In this document: one piece after another, positions 13,141-27,499 of the stretch | Numbering within the stretch: the stretch's first letter is position 1 | Layout of the letters: each line of letters begins with the position of its first letter | Assembly (NCBI RefSeq): GCF_037042905.1 | Contig: NC_087245.1 | Span: forward strand, 496,001-560,000 | Length of the DNA: 64,000 nucleotides | Direction: 5' to 3' | Origin: Lytechinus pictus | Lineage: Eukaryota | Program-made: the position numbers and the translations under genes | Notes under the pieces: generated by a model | Database searches by the model: none | Told to the model about the DNA's origin: nothing | What the model saw: only the letters and a program-made list of their open reading frames with translations

Positions 13141-14025
13141 GTCTCTGGCAGTCTCGCCTGCATTACGCAATTCGATATAGCAGCAGTGCTGCCTTTGAAA
13201 ACAGCTAATGAACAATTATCCACAGAAGAAAACAATAAAATATTATGTCCATTGACCCCAAATGACCTTTGATCATGATCATGTGACCTAAGACATGTGC
13301 AAATCAATCATTAATACTTGATTACCTTTATGTCGATGATTCATGAGCTGGATAAATAAACTTTCTAAGAAAGAAAAAACTTTATGATGCCAATTCAACA
13401 CGTACATGTACTCCCAACACAACCAGAGTTCTTTGACCTTTATGCGCACAGGGTATTCAAGGATACATTGCTGCTCTTATGTCCAAGTTTCATAAAACTA
13501 GATCCATAAACTTAAAAGTTACATACTGTATGTAAGTTGACAATTCCACAAATACCCCCAACATTACCAAAGATTGTTGACTCTATAGTCTAAATGACCT
13601 TTGCTTTGACCTTAGTCATGTGACCTGAAACTCGCACATGATATTCAGGGATACATGGTAGCACTTATGTCTGGACAAGTTTCATGAACTACATGTAGAT
13701 CCATAAACTTCTAAAGTTATGATGACAATTCCTCAAATAACCCCAACATGGCCAAAGTTTGTTGAACGTAAGTGACCTTTGACCTTAATCATATGACCTG
13801 AAACTCAGGCAGGATCTTCAGTGATACCCTTATGTCCAAGTTTCATTAACTACATGTAGGACTACCTGTACATGTACTGTACATGTAGGTCCATATGATT
13901 TATATTAAAGATATAACATTTCAAAAACTTAACCTTGATTAAGAATTCAATGTTGACAACAACGCCGCCACCATCAGAAAAGCAACGCCAATAATCTCGC
14001 TCTGCTACATGTATGCAGGCAAGAC
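13141..14025 (-). mobile_element. Helentron-like non-autonomous element (HINE/DINE-1 architecture), degraded copy
   Basis: GTCTCGCCTGCA subterminal repeats, terminal hairpin, GCC microsatellite, internal ~160-bp tandem units. Confidence 0.75.
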
Positions 14026-15170
14026 AAAAAACTAACATCGTCAATCAACACATCCTCCTACCCACCCAGTAAAGACATCCCTATGGAATGTACTGTACAG
14101 TAGCAGCCTGCTCGCAGGTAAACCTATACCATCTATCAAATGACCTACCCTGCTTCATATGACCTTTCTGTGCTGAAATTTCAGAAAGAGTACCAAGGAG
14201 GTCTGAAATGCATACATGTTCATGAACAAATAATGTAGGCCTACACTGTAATATTGGAAACACAATAGTCTGCAAGCATAGGCTCACTATAATCCAGGCT
14301 ATAATAGTAAAGATGTATTTGTCAGATAAAATCATGCAGTATTCTGCATCTTTTTCTCCTCACTGCTATACTGTATACTCTGCATAAATTTCATTGCTAA
14401 TTTTATTATCAGTACATGTATGTGGGCCTACAATCATGTACACACTGTAGGCCCACATACATGGTTAACTGACAAGAGCTATTGATATCAAATCATGTCA
14501 AGTCCAACCCAATAAACAGTTGATTTGAATAAATAGAAGAAAAAAAAAGAGATTAAAAAAAAACAAGCATACATGTACATGTAGCACCGAAAATTTCATC
14601 AAAATCACATGTAAATCAAGAAGGTATGACATTTTTTTACTGTACATGTATGCACTAATAACAAAGTGATATAAAAATAACAGAATCGATAATCCCACTA
14701 ATCACTATTTCTTTTACATGTATTGCCTACAAGGATTGCAGATCTGACAAGGAGACTCTCTATTCAATCACATGTAAACCAACAGTTGCACATGTTCAGG
14801 GACGAATCAAACATTATTATGAGGAAATTTTATATCTCATATAATAAAACTTCAAAAGAACTACATGCACTTTAGTGGGTGACGTCACTGGTTCCCTTAT
14901 TTGCATTAAGGGGCATACCAACTAGGATGCGTACTTCACCAGGTTTTTTTTATGAAGCAAAACTAATTAAAACTTTCTTAATTTGTATCAGATTTAATGA
15001 AATTTTAATTTTCATATAGTTACTCTCTTTTTTTAATTAACTATTTGTGTGGGCCCGTGGGGGACACCATCTACATGTAGATCTACAGATGTAATTATTG
15101 TTAATACTGTAGAAACAATCATGTAAATGTATCTATTAAAGTAAAGCAAGTCAGACAGGCCTAAAGACAA

Positions 15171-15945
15171 ACAAGTGGAGCGCCTCTGGCAGTCTCACAG
15201 GTCTGCTTCACGCGAGCGGCGATTCAATATAGCAGCAGTGCTGACTTTGAAAACTACTATAAAATAATTATTCACAAAAACCACCATTCATATAATGATA
15301 CAATACATGTACTACATGTACGTTCATTGACAATAAATGACATTTGACCTTGATCATGCAACCTAAGACTTGTCATTGATACTTGATTAATACCCCTATA
15401 CATGTATATCCACATTTTATAAACTAATCTATAAACTTTGAAAGTTATGACAGCAAAGTTATGATGGTACTGTAATTCAACAAATACCCCCAACTTGGCC
15501 AAAGTTCGTTGAACTTAATAAATGACCATTGATCTTGATCATGTGACCTGAAACTCGCACAGAATGTGTAGTGATACTTGATTGTCCAAGTTTCATGAAT
15601 CAGATCCATAAACTTTTAAAGTTATGATGGTAATTCAACAAATACCCCCAATTTGGTCAAAGTTATGACATTTCAAAAACTTAACCTTAGGTTAAGATTT
15701 TGATGTTAATTCCCCCAACATGGTAAGTTCATTGACCCTAAATGACCTTGGTCATGTGACTCAAAACTCAGGCAGGATGTTCAGTAATACTTGATTAACC
15801 TTATGGACAAGTTTCATGAACTAGGTCCTTTTTAAGTTATGCTGTCATTTCAAAAACTTAACCTTTGGTTAAGATTTGGTGTTGACGCCGCCGCCGCCGT
15901 TAGAAAAGAGGCACCTATAGTCTCACTCTGCTTCGCAGGTGAGAC
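15171..15945 (-). mobile_element. Helentron-like non-autonomous element
   Basis: acaagtggagcgcctctggcagtctc...gtctcactctgcttcgcaggtgagac ends in A/T runs, with (GCC)n and ~160-bp units. Confidence 0.8.
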
Positions 15946-16142
15946 AAAAAGGGTCCAACGGTGCATGTATGTATAATTATGGTAAAAAATTAAAATATTA
16001 ACATTTTAACAATAAAAGTAATAATTAATAATAATAATAACAATAATAATGATAACAATGATAATAATAATAATAATGATAATAATAATAATTTCACTGA
16101 ATACAGAATAAACCAAAGAAATATTGGATAGTGATTTCTTAC

Positions 16143-16226
16143 CTCAAGTGAAAGAATTCCTGCTTCTAAATACAAACATATGACAAAGATATTCCAGCCA
16201 AGCCACAGCAATTGCCATAATGAATA
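16143..16226 (-). CDS. NKAIN: NKAIN coding exon 3 (YSLWQLLWLGWNIFVICLYLEAGILSLE)
   Basis: Contains the WxxWNxFxICxYLExG motif. Acceptor ttttcacag, donor GTAAGA, 84 bp. Confidence 0.95.
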
Positions 16227-17170
16227 CTGTGAAAAAAGAGAAGATCAAAAATATGATTTCCCTATGTCTACACCCATGGGATGCAAGCTTTACAAAGTAT
16301 GTTATATACATGTACAACAGTAAATATGGCAGGTTAATGGGATTACATTGTACACATTGTACAAATGTCATACTATATCTGAGTCTTCTACAACTGCATA
16401 TATGTACTATGTACTGTTAATATGTAGTATGTATTTAACTTCCTGTTATCCTTTCAGTCATTCACCTTCACTTGTTTACAAACTCCCCCAATGTCATCTA
16501 AGAATCCCAAAACCCCCAATAGCATTTAACTCCTAAACCTTGACCATAAAAGACCAACCCTCAGTGACGTCAGCTATAAACTTCAAGGAAGAAGTATGAC
16601 TCACACTTCCAGCCCCAGTCACTTGCACAGAGCATCACCACACCCCTTATACCAGAGAAAGTTTGATAGACAGTTACCTGTAGACCAATCAGATCAAGTT
16701 TAGATCACTCCCACCTTAAATTGTTACACCCCCAAAACTAATGATATACATAAGACTTCTTGATTATTAGAGGATAGAATACAGAAGAATACTTGACCCA
16801 CACTTAATCAGATAGACTGACTGACTTCAAGACTTAGACGTCCATCGAATATTAATTTAACTTCACAATCTCAATCTTATTCTTCAAATTTATTATATTA
16901 ATCGTCTCCTGTTTTACCTAAATCTTTGTTGATATCTTCATGTACTTCGAATTGTAAACTTAGTTTTAACTGATGATTAAATACCCAGTGATTTGAACTG
17001 TATAACTTTCTCCAAAGTTTCTTCATTACGCTTCCCTTCTTATAATTACCGATCCCAACACGACAGTACATTAGACATGAATAAAGCCTAACTGTATAGT
17101 ACATATACAATGTATGTACATGTCCATTCAGTATACATAAATAAGTAAAATAACGCACTTTCCAATATTC

Positions 17171-18542
17171 CCTGGGGGGGGGGGGCACTTCCATTGACGA
17201 GTGGATACCATGCGCGACCATGGGCTCTCGAAAAGCACCCTCAACAAGTATTTTCCATATTCTGAAAATGCACCCCTTAACAAGTATTGGCGTGTGAAAC
17301 CCTACCCTTAACAAGCATTGGAAACAAAACGATACCCTTGGCAGGTATTCCTTGAATTGAACCCCTAAACAAGTACAGCAATATTTTTGTTATGTCACGG
17401 ACATCAGTTGTTGGTTTTACCTTATTACCTACATCATTGGGTTCAGGACGGCCCCACCTCACGCAAATCGGACTCTAAACACGTAGTGTTGACTGCCGGG
17501 GCAAAAAGTAGGGCAGTTCCACGGTTACGGAGTGACATTCAGAAAAAAGTTTTTAGCATTCAAACAAAGATATCACACATATTTAAATAGTTATTTGCAA
17601 AGAAATGGTACCTGACAGTAGTTGCTGAAACCCACTTTTCAAAATAATAACATTTGTTATTTTGATCCACTGAATTAATGAGATATGAATATTCATAAAC
17701 ATGGTTACGGAGCGACGTAAAATGGACATGCATATTTGAGGAGAAAACATATTGCTCAAACTCTGTGAACTTTAAATGGCTATCACAATGTTGAGTTATT
17801 GATTGGATTCTATGTTGTTCTAGCTTTAATATGCTGCATTGCATTAAAAAATTGGTGTATTTGTTTCATTAATTACAACTTTAAACATAAACCCATACCC
17901 GGTTACGGAGTGACGGTTACGGAGTGACATCTGAAATATTCACACACAGGCAACGTAAAATGAACTTATATTCTAAAATTTTCTTTTGATACGATGTAAA
18001 ATGATGACATTCAGATTATCCAAAAGAAAATTTTACAAAACAAGCAATAATTTTCTGTTAAATTGAAATTAAGTAAAAAACAATATATATGTAGTCCCAT
18101 GTATAGAATTTTTTGTATGGTTTGGATTCTCCTATAAGATGCGTAAGTAAAAAAAATTGTGGCTAATTATGTTCCCCTTTTGTATTATGAACTCCCATAT
18201 AAGTTTTGATAGAAAAAATTTATCCAGATTTGAAATAGAGCCAATATAAATTTTTGGAAAATGTCCACTTTTGCTTGGAATTGCCCAGTACAGTATCCTT
18301 TATAAAATATTTTAGTCTTTTTTTATACCCTCGCAAATTTGACCCTAAACACATAGCTTTCCTAGCCAAATACACATGTAGATACCCTTTTTTTCATTAT
18401 TTTAGTGTTTTTGACACCCTCATTACGTTACGTATGTAACGTAATGAGAAAGACATCCTTTTTACATGTTTTTTTTATCGCGCATGGTATCCACTCGTCA
18501 ATGTAAGTGCCCTAGCCCCCCACCCCCCCCCCCCCCCCCCGG
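17171..18542. mobile_element. poly-G/C-TIR MITE, copy A
   Basis: TIR (G)n-cacttccattgacgagtggataccatgcg, 8-bp TSD CAATATTC. Confidence 0.85.
17511..18286. mobile_element. GGG...CCC MITE (Sola2-like) nested in a poly-G-TIR MITE
   Basis: TIR GGGCA(G/A)TTCCA, 4-bp TSD AGTA, repeated ggttacggagtgac. Confidence 0.75.
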
Positions 18543-19816
18543 CAATATTCACACACTGGAAAAGATATTATTTTGTAAAGTACATGTCATTAAAAATTAT
18601 ATAATTCTGTCTTCAAGTGTACTGCAGTTACTATGGAACTGTTTTCATCAACAGCCTATTCATCTATAGTGTACATGTACTATATATATAATAAAGCTGA
18701 ATCACTCTGTGAGTGTGAAAGCTGAAGTACATAGTTTGTGCTATCCTGATGACAGATCCAACCATGCATGTCATTCCAATTCATCTAATGAGTTGGTATG
18801 ACTGTATCGGTCATGTTAATACCCCCCCCCCCCCAAAAAAATGTGCATAGACCATAGATTACAAATTACTTTGGTTTTTCTCCCCATCTACATGTACACA
18901 TAGGCTACATGTAAAGTTCATTTTCAAATCTGATGTAAAGCTGGGCCCATATCAAGACTGCCGTACATGTAGTCATGTCCGACAGAATTCTATAGAAACA
19001 ACTGTTGTCATTATTGTTCCAGAGATAGAGGGCTATTCTATTTTGCATGTACAGAATAAGATATTTAAAAAAAACCTGTAATGATAATTGGGACCCTGCT
19101 TACAAGCACTGTGCTTATCAAGGGTATCCCTCCATTTTTAAACAATATGTATTTGTATTTCATGTCAGATTTTTATGTACACTTATTTTTAAGGATGGTA
19201 AATAAATTGTATTGAATTGAAATTGAATTAAATTGAATTGATATACTGTATTATAGTGTTCTAATCGTCTCCTCTAATTTGTCTAAGGCAGCAAAAACTG
19301 ACCATGTCAGTAATAATCAATAGAAATGGAGTCCCCTGACTAAGTTTGAAGTCATATTCCATCAAAAGTTTCAGAAGTGAAAGGAAAATGATGCCCAAAA
19401 TCTAATAGGCTACAGTACCACATACATGTATATCATGTAATATCACTGATAAATGCAGGATAATCAAAATGAATCCAATAATACTGGGCAAACATATTTT
19501 CTGTCTGACATGAAAATTGGCATGTCAGACAGAAGATATGTTAGCCCAATTTTTTTCTACTATGACATCATCATTCATGATAAGACTACATACTGTATGG
19601 TGCTACATGTTTGTGCCTATCTGTGTTGGTGATTTTCAGTGTGATCATTAAGTTCATGATTCCACAGCATACATGTAGTAATGTAGGTTCATAAATGCAC
19701 ATGAATCAGATCATGATCAATGATGATGATTGAATTAACTTTGATTTCAAAAACTTTCTCATGAAACCATTATTTGCTACAACAAAATGCATGTAGCTTT
19801 AAAATTTAATACTTAC

Positions 19817-19954
19817 TACAATCATAAATTTTGGTCTGTATTGATAAGAGCCAAATAGGCCAAAAAGGACGAAGATGATATTGAGGAATCCTCCCAGCAT
19901 AGGAACCCACATAAAACCAAGGAAGTCAAAGACAAGTCGCTCTGTTGTAGCAAT
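19817..19954 (-). CDS. NKAIN: NKAIN coding exon 2 (IATTERLVFDFLGFMWVPMLGGFLNIIFVLFGLFGSYQYRPKFMIV)
   Basis: Contains the ERxxFDFLGxxW and QYR motifs of NKAIN. Acceptor catacag, donor GTAAGT, 138 bp, phase 0/0. Confidence 0.95.
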
Positions 19955-20566
19955 CTGTATGAAGAGAAGTCAAATTAGATTGTAAACAAGATACATGTAC
20001 ATGTACGGCAGTGCAGTATCTGCACATACATGTATGTTAATACTGTATGTATGTAGATCTAAATAATTTCACAAACAAAATTTACACATTTCCTGCAGGT
20101 TGAAGTGAATTTTAAGTTGCTTGCACATGAGTTGAATATACAATGTACAGTACTGTATTTTTGCCAGTACAATGTATAGGCTACATCTGTAGCATGGAGC
20201 TACATGTATAAAATACAGTGTGTTTTATACATGATGAGAGCCTACATACGTACAAAGATTTGAAACTGTATTAAAAAAATGATTGAAACCTGACCCTATG
20301 AGTAGCATATACATGTAGGGGTTGCATACAAAAGAATTGGTCATTGAGGTGAGTCAGATGTGAAAGAATTCAATGAATTAAACCTTTCGCTATCCTCAGT
20401 TCCTTTGTGGGTCCAACCATTGGCCTTTTGTTAAACTGATCTTCCACACAAAAGCTACCTTTACAATAGCAGGTGAGGAATAACAACTTTAAATGTAAGA
20501 TTCACACGCTCTTCTTGAGAAAAGTTATTCCAAAATGGTGAAAAGGGGAAGTCCACCTTAAAATAT

Positions 20567-21012
20567 GGACACCGTTCTCACTACCTTCCTAAAACTAGTT
20601 TAGTGGAAACTAGTTTAACGTGTAGTGAGAACAGTCGAAGTGATCTTCCAAACCGGTTCAGAAAACCACCTCGCGATGTAGTTTTCAAAATCGCTTTGCC
20701 TCGTTAAACTGGTTTTAGTGTAAGTGAGGACACAACCGTTCATTGGGAAGCGATCTTCGCACATTTTGAGCACGCTACTCCACACGATAGGTGTAGAATG
20801 CCTACGCTGCGGTATCGAATTTCGCGCGAAATGTGTCACCCCACTGAGAGCGTTTCCATAGCAACAAGATCGCTTTACACTGTACGCGAAGTGATTTTGA
20901 AAACCACTTTCGTGTGATCAAGTGGGAACACTAGCAAAGCGATCTTCCAAACTGGTTTCCTAAATCGGTTTCCAGTAAACTAATTTTAGAAAGCGTAATG
21001 AGAAGTTCGGCC
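20567..21012. mobile_element. Harbinger-like MITE
   Basis: Imperfect TIRs ttctcacta...ctaaaactagttta / taaactaattttag...taatgagaa. Confidence 0.6.
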
Positions 21013-22091
21013 TCTAAGTTTGTTTGAATTAGGAGTGAGTCTTGAAAGTTTTAAACACATTTAAATGTTCAGCAGAGAAATTGTTTACCATTTTAAAGTG
21101 TACATGTACATGTAAAACCATTTGAGGGGAAAAGGGCAAGGCCATGTAGTAAAATCACTTTTAAAGCCAGTCTGACAACTTTTGCATGCCTGAAATCTGA
21201 ACAAGCCACTTCACCCAAGAGTATTGATAACAGAGTTGGCGATTTTGTTTAAAAAATATTAGAAAAACTGATTAATTTGATTTTAAATCAGATTGTTTTT
21301 ATTTAAATTTGATTTTTTTTTCAAACAATATTTTCTAAAACTAACTGGAAACACCAAAAATAACACCCTTACACTGAAATCATTTTCAAAATCATACATT
21401 TCACAAGTATAATTATTATTAACTTCTATTCTATTTCATAATTAAATCCAGTCAAAATAAACCTTATATCAAAATAAAAAAGTATAAATTCATGATGAAT
21501 ATGCTGTTTCTGCATCCTATCATGTAGGGTATACATGTAGCTCCTACTGACTGGTTTGGTCTCCAAGTTGAGGAACTGCTTCATAGGTACAGCTAATACT
21601 GCAAAGTTACCTAGTGTTCCTATTCAAACATGAAATGATGATCAGTTTCTTTGGAAGAATTCCATGACTCAGAGACTAACATTCTCGAAAGAGAAACATT
21701 CTTTAATAATTTTCAAGCCAAGGACTGAAAATCATGTGTTTAATAAAGAAAACTACATTTATTTTGCTTTGTTTAAACCTCCTTTGGTATTTGAGCCATG
21801 GTTGGAGCTTTTTTATTGTTTAAAGCATGATTTGCAAAGCTGTGACTTATTGGGGAAAAGTTGCAAACTTGTTTACCGGGCATTTGAATTATTTCTTTTT
21901 GTACAATAAACATGGAGTTGTACATTGTACATGTTTCGATGGAAGTGATTTAAATCAATGATTCTTTTTTTTAATTATAAAGAAAGCGGAGTACATGTAG
22001 GGGGCTAGTGTAAACCATTAATGAAGGATTTATTCATGTTTTGATGATATTAAGTTAATAAAATCTTTCGATTTATAGTAAAAAAAAAAAG

Positions 22092-23459
22092 AAGTGGAGC
22101 GCCTCTGGCAGTCTCACCTGCATCGTGCGATTCAATATAGAAGCAGTGCTGACTTTAAAAACTAATATTAAATAATTATTTTAAAAAAACACCATTCATA
22201 TAATGATACAATACATGTACTACATGTACGTTCATTGACAATAAATGACATTTGACCTTGATCATGCGACCTAAGTCTTGTCTGTGATACTCGATTACCC
22301 CTATATCCACATTTTATAAACTAGATCTACATGTATAAACTTTGAAAGTAATGACAGTAATCTAATAATTACCTCCAAAGTGGCCAAATTTCAATGACCT
22401 TAAATGACCTTTGACTTTGGTCATGTGACCTGAAACTCGCATGAGATGTTCAGTGATACTTGATTACTCTTCTGTCCAAGTTTTATGAACTACATCCATA
22501 CACTTTCAGAGTTATGATGGTTATTCAACGAATACCCCCAACATGGCGAAAGTCCATTGACCTTGGTCATGTGACCTGACTCTCGCACAGGATGTTCAGT
22601 GATACTTGATTACTCTTATGTCTAAGTTTCATGAATCAGATCCATAAACTTTCAAAGTTATGATGGTAATTCTACAAATACCCCCAACTACATGTAGGCC
22701 AAAGTTCGTTGACCTTAAATGACCTTGATCATGTGACCTGAAACTCGCACAGGCTGTTCAGTGATACTTGATTACTCTTATATCTAAATTTTATGAACTA
22801 GACCAATAAACATTCAAACTTATGATGGTAATTCAACAAATACCCCCAACTTTGCCAAAGTTCATTGACCTTACATGACCTTTGACCTTGATCATGTGAC
22901 CTAAAACTCGCACAGGATGTTCAGTGATACTTGATTACTCTTATGTCCAAGTTTCATGAATAAGATCCATAAACTTTCAAAGTTATGATGGTAATTCAAC
23001 AGATACCCCCAACTTGGCCAAAGTTTAATATTTGACCCTAAATGACCTTTGACCTTGGTCATGTAACTTGAAACTCAGGCAGGATGTTCAGTAATACTTG
23101 ATTAACCTTGTGTCCAAGTTTCATGAACTAGGTCCATATATTTTTTAAGCTATGATGACATTTCAAAAACTTAACCTTAGGTTTAAGATTTGATGTTTAT
23201 TCCCCCAACATGGTCTAAGTTCATTGACCCTAAATGACCTATGACCTTGGTCATGTGACCTGAAACTCACGTAGGATCTTCAGTAATACTTGATTAACCT
23301 TATAGCCAAGTTTTATGAACTACATGTACGTGTAGGTCCATATACTTTCTAAGTTATGCTGTCATTTTAAAGACTTAACCTTTGATTAAGATTTGGTGTT
23401 GACGCCGCCGCCGTCAGAAAAGCGGCGCCTTTAGTCTCACTCTGCTTCGCAAGTGAGAC
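22092..23459 (-). mobile_element. Helentron-like non-autonomous element, longest tandem array
   Basis: Same ends, with roughly 7 copies of the ~160-bp unit. Confidence 0.82.
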
Positions 23460-23469
23460 AAAAATGAAA

Positions 23470-24170
23470 GATGAATAAGACGTAATTATAAACAAAGAAA
23501 TACATAAGAAAATTAATTAAGAAGATGAAAGAATGAAACAAAGAAATACATGAGAAATTATAGAAAAAGAAAATGGAAGAAGGAGAAAAGAAATAAAAAA
23601 GATTCCGTACAAAAAAAGATAAGAGTTTAACATCAGAATACACAGAACTGACAGAAGAAAAATTAAAAAAAAGATCAAAACAAAGAAATACATAAGATTT
23701 GAAAGAAAAGAGAATGAAAAGAATTAAAACACATAGAAATACAAGAAAACAGAAGGATAGAACAAAATACATACAAGAACTGATAGAAGATGAAAGAATT
23801 AAAACAAGAAAATACCTAAGAATTGATAGAAGAAAAGATGATGATAAAAATAAAACAGGGAAATACATATAAAGAATTGATAGAAGAAAAGATGAAAGAA
23901 AAATTAAAACAAAAAAATACACAATAATTGATATAACAACAGATGAAAGAAGAGTTACATGTAAACATAGAAATATCTAAAGACTTGATAGAGAAGAAAA
24001 GATGCAAGAAAATTAAAACATAGAAATACATAAGAATTTATAGAAGAAAATATGAAATAAAAATTAAAACAAAGAAATACACAGAACCAACAGGAGAAAA
24101 AAATAAAAACAAAGAAATACATAAGATTTAATAGAAAAGAGAGTGAAAGAAGAACTATAACATATTACAG
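23470..24170. repeat. purine-rich degenerate minisatellite (~40-bp unit)
   Basis: Recurrent aattaaaacaagaaatacataagaattgatagaagaaaa. It resumes near 30820-31010. Confidence 0.8.
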
Positions 24171-24862
24171 AAATACACATGTGGGCATTTTCACCACAGC
24201 TGGACACAGAGGCAAAAAAATCAAGTTGATATTCATGTCAAATGCTTTATGTTTTTTAATAAAACAAGACCTGAAGTTTCTGAGACAAAAATTTTCCCAC
24301 TCTGGCAGACATTTTTCATTTCAAAATGGCTGCCAAAGTATGGATACAAATTAGTGTTGAAAATAGTATATTGATACATATTTTGTTTTGACAGATTTTT
24401 AAAGAACAGGTTTGATCATGTTGTTTTCGCCTGTGATTTAGCTTGTTATTATAACACTTTTTAAAATCCCACAGAAAGAAACACCAGTAATTCATTCATC
24501 TGATAAAAAAACATTGATGAAGTACATGTATGTGATATGGTATGTAATGTCAGTTACTGAAAACATGAACTTTTTTTTCTCATTTCCTGGAAAAGAGGAT
24601 ATATTATATGAAACTTGGTAGATTTCCTCTCTAGGTAGCACCACCCCCCCCCCCCCCTTCTACACCAAAATTAAAGATTACCAATTAACAATGAAGCCAT
24701 AGGGTACCATTAAATATATGTACATGTAATGTCAGTTACCAAATGGAAAATGTAATGTCAGTTACCGAGATGTAATGTCAGTTACCATGATAAAATGTTG
24801 GTTACCAATATTGAAATGCAAATATGTGGTCAATTTTATGGTGAAGAAATATTGTATACTTG

Positions 24863-26325
24863 TTATTAAAGTTGAATTAAGAAGACGATTCCAAATATTG
24901 AGATATTTACATTAATAGCAACCTTACAACCCCCCAAACACTAATAGGTGATTCGACCCCCATTTTCTTTTTTCAAAATAGTGAATTTGAACGATTTATC
25001 CCTACCCATTTCCCTGAGTTCGCTCCTGCAATGCCTACCGAGACGGGTGTTCTTTGAGCGTGACGTCACCGGGGGGTATTCGGTCCCGGTGTAGTAATCA
25101 AGGCAGTGCCGTTTTGTGTACTATGCACGTACTCCTTCATATGGAATAACTGCAGTTGAAGTTGTATCTGCGAGCCATAGAACTTGCAAAGAGGAAATGA
25201 TTAAAATATTTGTGGCCGTACTATTATTACAAATATGTGAATTCCCTCAGAATGATACCATAGACCCTAAAGGAATAATTTCAAGGTGAATAATATGAAA
25301 TTTGATCGAGATCTTCTCACCAGTCGATAACGTAGCAGACGTGTTATTATGACATATTTATCCGCGTGTGACGCGGCTCTTGCAAAAAAACACAGTTGGT
25401 TGCGGAATTGCTTTGTGCCGACCGGCCGCCCGCTCCGGCGCAGCTAGCTGTCGAGCTACCGTACCGTTCTTGTTGTCTTCAACCATAGAGATGTATACTA
25501 ATTACTATATATCTTACTGTCTTCATCTCACTTCCGAATTGCGTTTGTATGTGTGACGGTGACCCCTAGCGTAATTAAATATAGAAAACAACTCAGAAGG
25601 CCGAGAAAGAATACTACGTTTGGTTCAAGATTGTTCTGTGGAATGAGCTATGAGTGGAAATGATCCAGAGGATATAAAAGTGGAGTCAAAGACAAAAGAA
25701 AAGAAGAAAAAACGCCAGGGGATCGCTGCACGGCCATGAACTAAGTCGACATACCAGACCATAACAGTACACTCAATGCCTGGGTGTTGTGTGTACTAGT
25801 ATTATGCGTTCAGCGCGCGCTGAGCTAGCCGCCGGAATTACTTTCCAGCTACTCACTTGATTGAACATCGTGATAAAATAAATGAGAAATAGTGAAAATA
25901 TCATTCAATAACTCACTGTTTGCTATCTTACATCATGATTGAAGAGTTCATGGTTGTTATTCATACTGTTTTTTATACAGGGAAAGTAAAGATTTGTACA
26001 TATCAGTCCTATTTATTTGATTTGAGTTGCTTTGAAAAAAAATTGTAAAATATCTTTCTCTCTCTGCATAGCATTTCTGTATGACATTCAGGCACCTCTT
26101 ATACTAAATTCCCCCCGGTGACGTCACACTCCGAGTGACTTTTCTGTACACTCGTCTCTCGGGCTCTGACAGGTGGCTAATTTCATAGACTTTCAAAGCA
26201 AAATATCGAGAAGGCAGAGGATTATTGTGACATGCTATGTGTTTGAACAACTTATATATACTATATATTGTATGTAGAACCTATATTTATGGAAACTCAC
26301 CCCCTTCTTAATTCAACTTTAATAA
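24863..26325. mobile_element. unclassified element with 22-bp inverted ends and a CpG-rich core
   Basis: TTATTAAAGTTGAATTAAGAAG is mirrored at 26304-26325, with an inner inverted GTGACGTCACCGGGGGG pair. No TSD is visible. Confidence 0.6.
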
Positions 26326-27499
26326 AGTCTTTCACTTTAAAAGTCACACCAGAAGGAGCTTGCTGTTAACTTTTAAAAGGTATACAGTAGTTCACAAGGA
26401 ATACTATATGAAATTATGAAGGAAGTTGCATTCCCATCGTGCAAAAAAAAATTACTATGAAATTGTTTTGTACATGCACTTACCAATTACCTAATTGTTT
26501 GTATTTCGGGGGGGGGGGGTAGGGGGTACTTTTCCCAACCTATTGCCTAAATCTGCAACATTTTTTAAGCTTAACATTGTGATGAAGGAGATTTCCAGGG
26601 TCCCTTTTTTAGTTTCTAGGATTCTTTTGAGCATTGCCTCGCTAAAAGTAAATTCCTGGTTTTTATACACGGTCTGTTAGTAGTGCGGATGTGTGATACA
26701 ATTTTGTTTTTGGTTTACAAGTATAGATGAAAAGTGAAATTTGACAGTTCTGATCAATGTTGCATGGATCTACTAAAACTGTTTTTTTTTTCTTATTTAC
26801 AAATAGTTCAGTTTCAGTTTGGAAGCTGGAGTTTATTTTTTGTTGACAGCTTAAAAAAGAAATTAGCAAAGAAAATGATTAAACAAATTATGAAGAGAAT
26901 TGAAATCCGACAGATATGAACAAGCATTGCTTGCACTGAGCAGAATAGAAATCAATAAAACTACATGGCTGCATGAGATTCGGGGGAGGGGTACGTGTAG
27001 CCTAGGTAGACCCTTATTCATTTTGCCTTTTTTGAGGGGAGGTTGGAGAAGGAAAAGGTTTAAAAAGTCAATATAAAACTGATGAATATATTATGGGTGT
27101 ATAGTCAGAAAAATCCATGTGTACAGTCAATGCAATATTAAATTACTATAGGAAAACATGAAGCTGCTATGACGCCACCCCCCCCCCCCCCCCCCGAGTA
27201 AGTAAAACATACATTTCTTATCTTTTGATAATTAAAAATGTGAAGTATTATGGAACTTTTATGATTTTAAAAAGCCTTACATATACATGTAAGTACCAAG
27301 AAAAATTATGCCTTTGAAAATCATATAGCACTGGTAAATGTTAATGTGTATTGTCAGTTACCGACAAGTAATGATAAAAATGTTCAAATCAAAGAAAGGA
27401 AGTAAGAAAAAGAAAAAGTTTTTTCATTGAAATGTTCCTAGAAACTCGGGTATACTTCCACATCAAGCTCACTTTCATGTGAAGCCCTGCACAGAAGAT

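Noticed and set aside
16400..17130. Possible old LINE 3' remnants (also ~7870-8540 and ~54700-55560)
   Set aside because: Too decayed to assign motifs by eye.
23437..24031. 161-aa and 71-aa hydrophobic ORFs
   Set aside because: Translations of the pyrimidine-rich minisatellite strand.
25680..25740. ATG in the CpG-rich region as the NKAIN start
   Set aside because: No NKAIN similarity. The true exon 1 is at 35202-35255.
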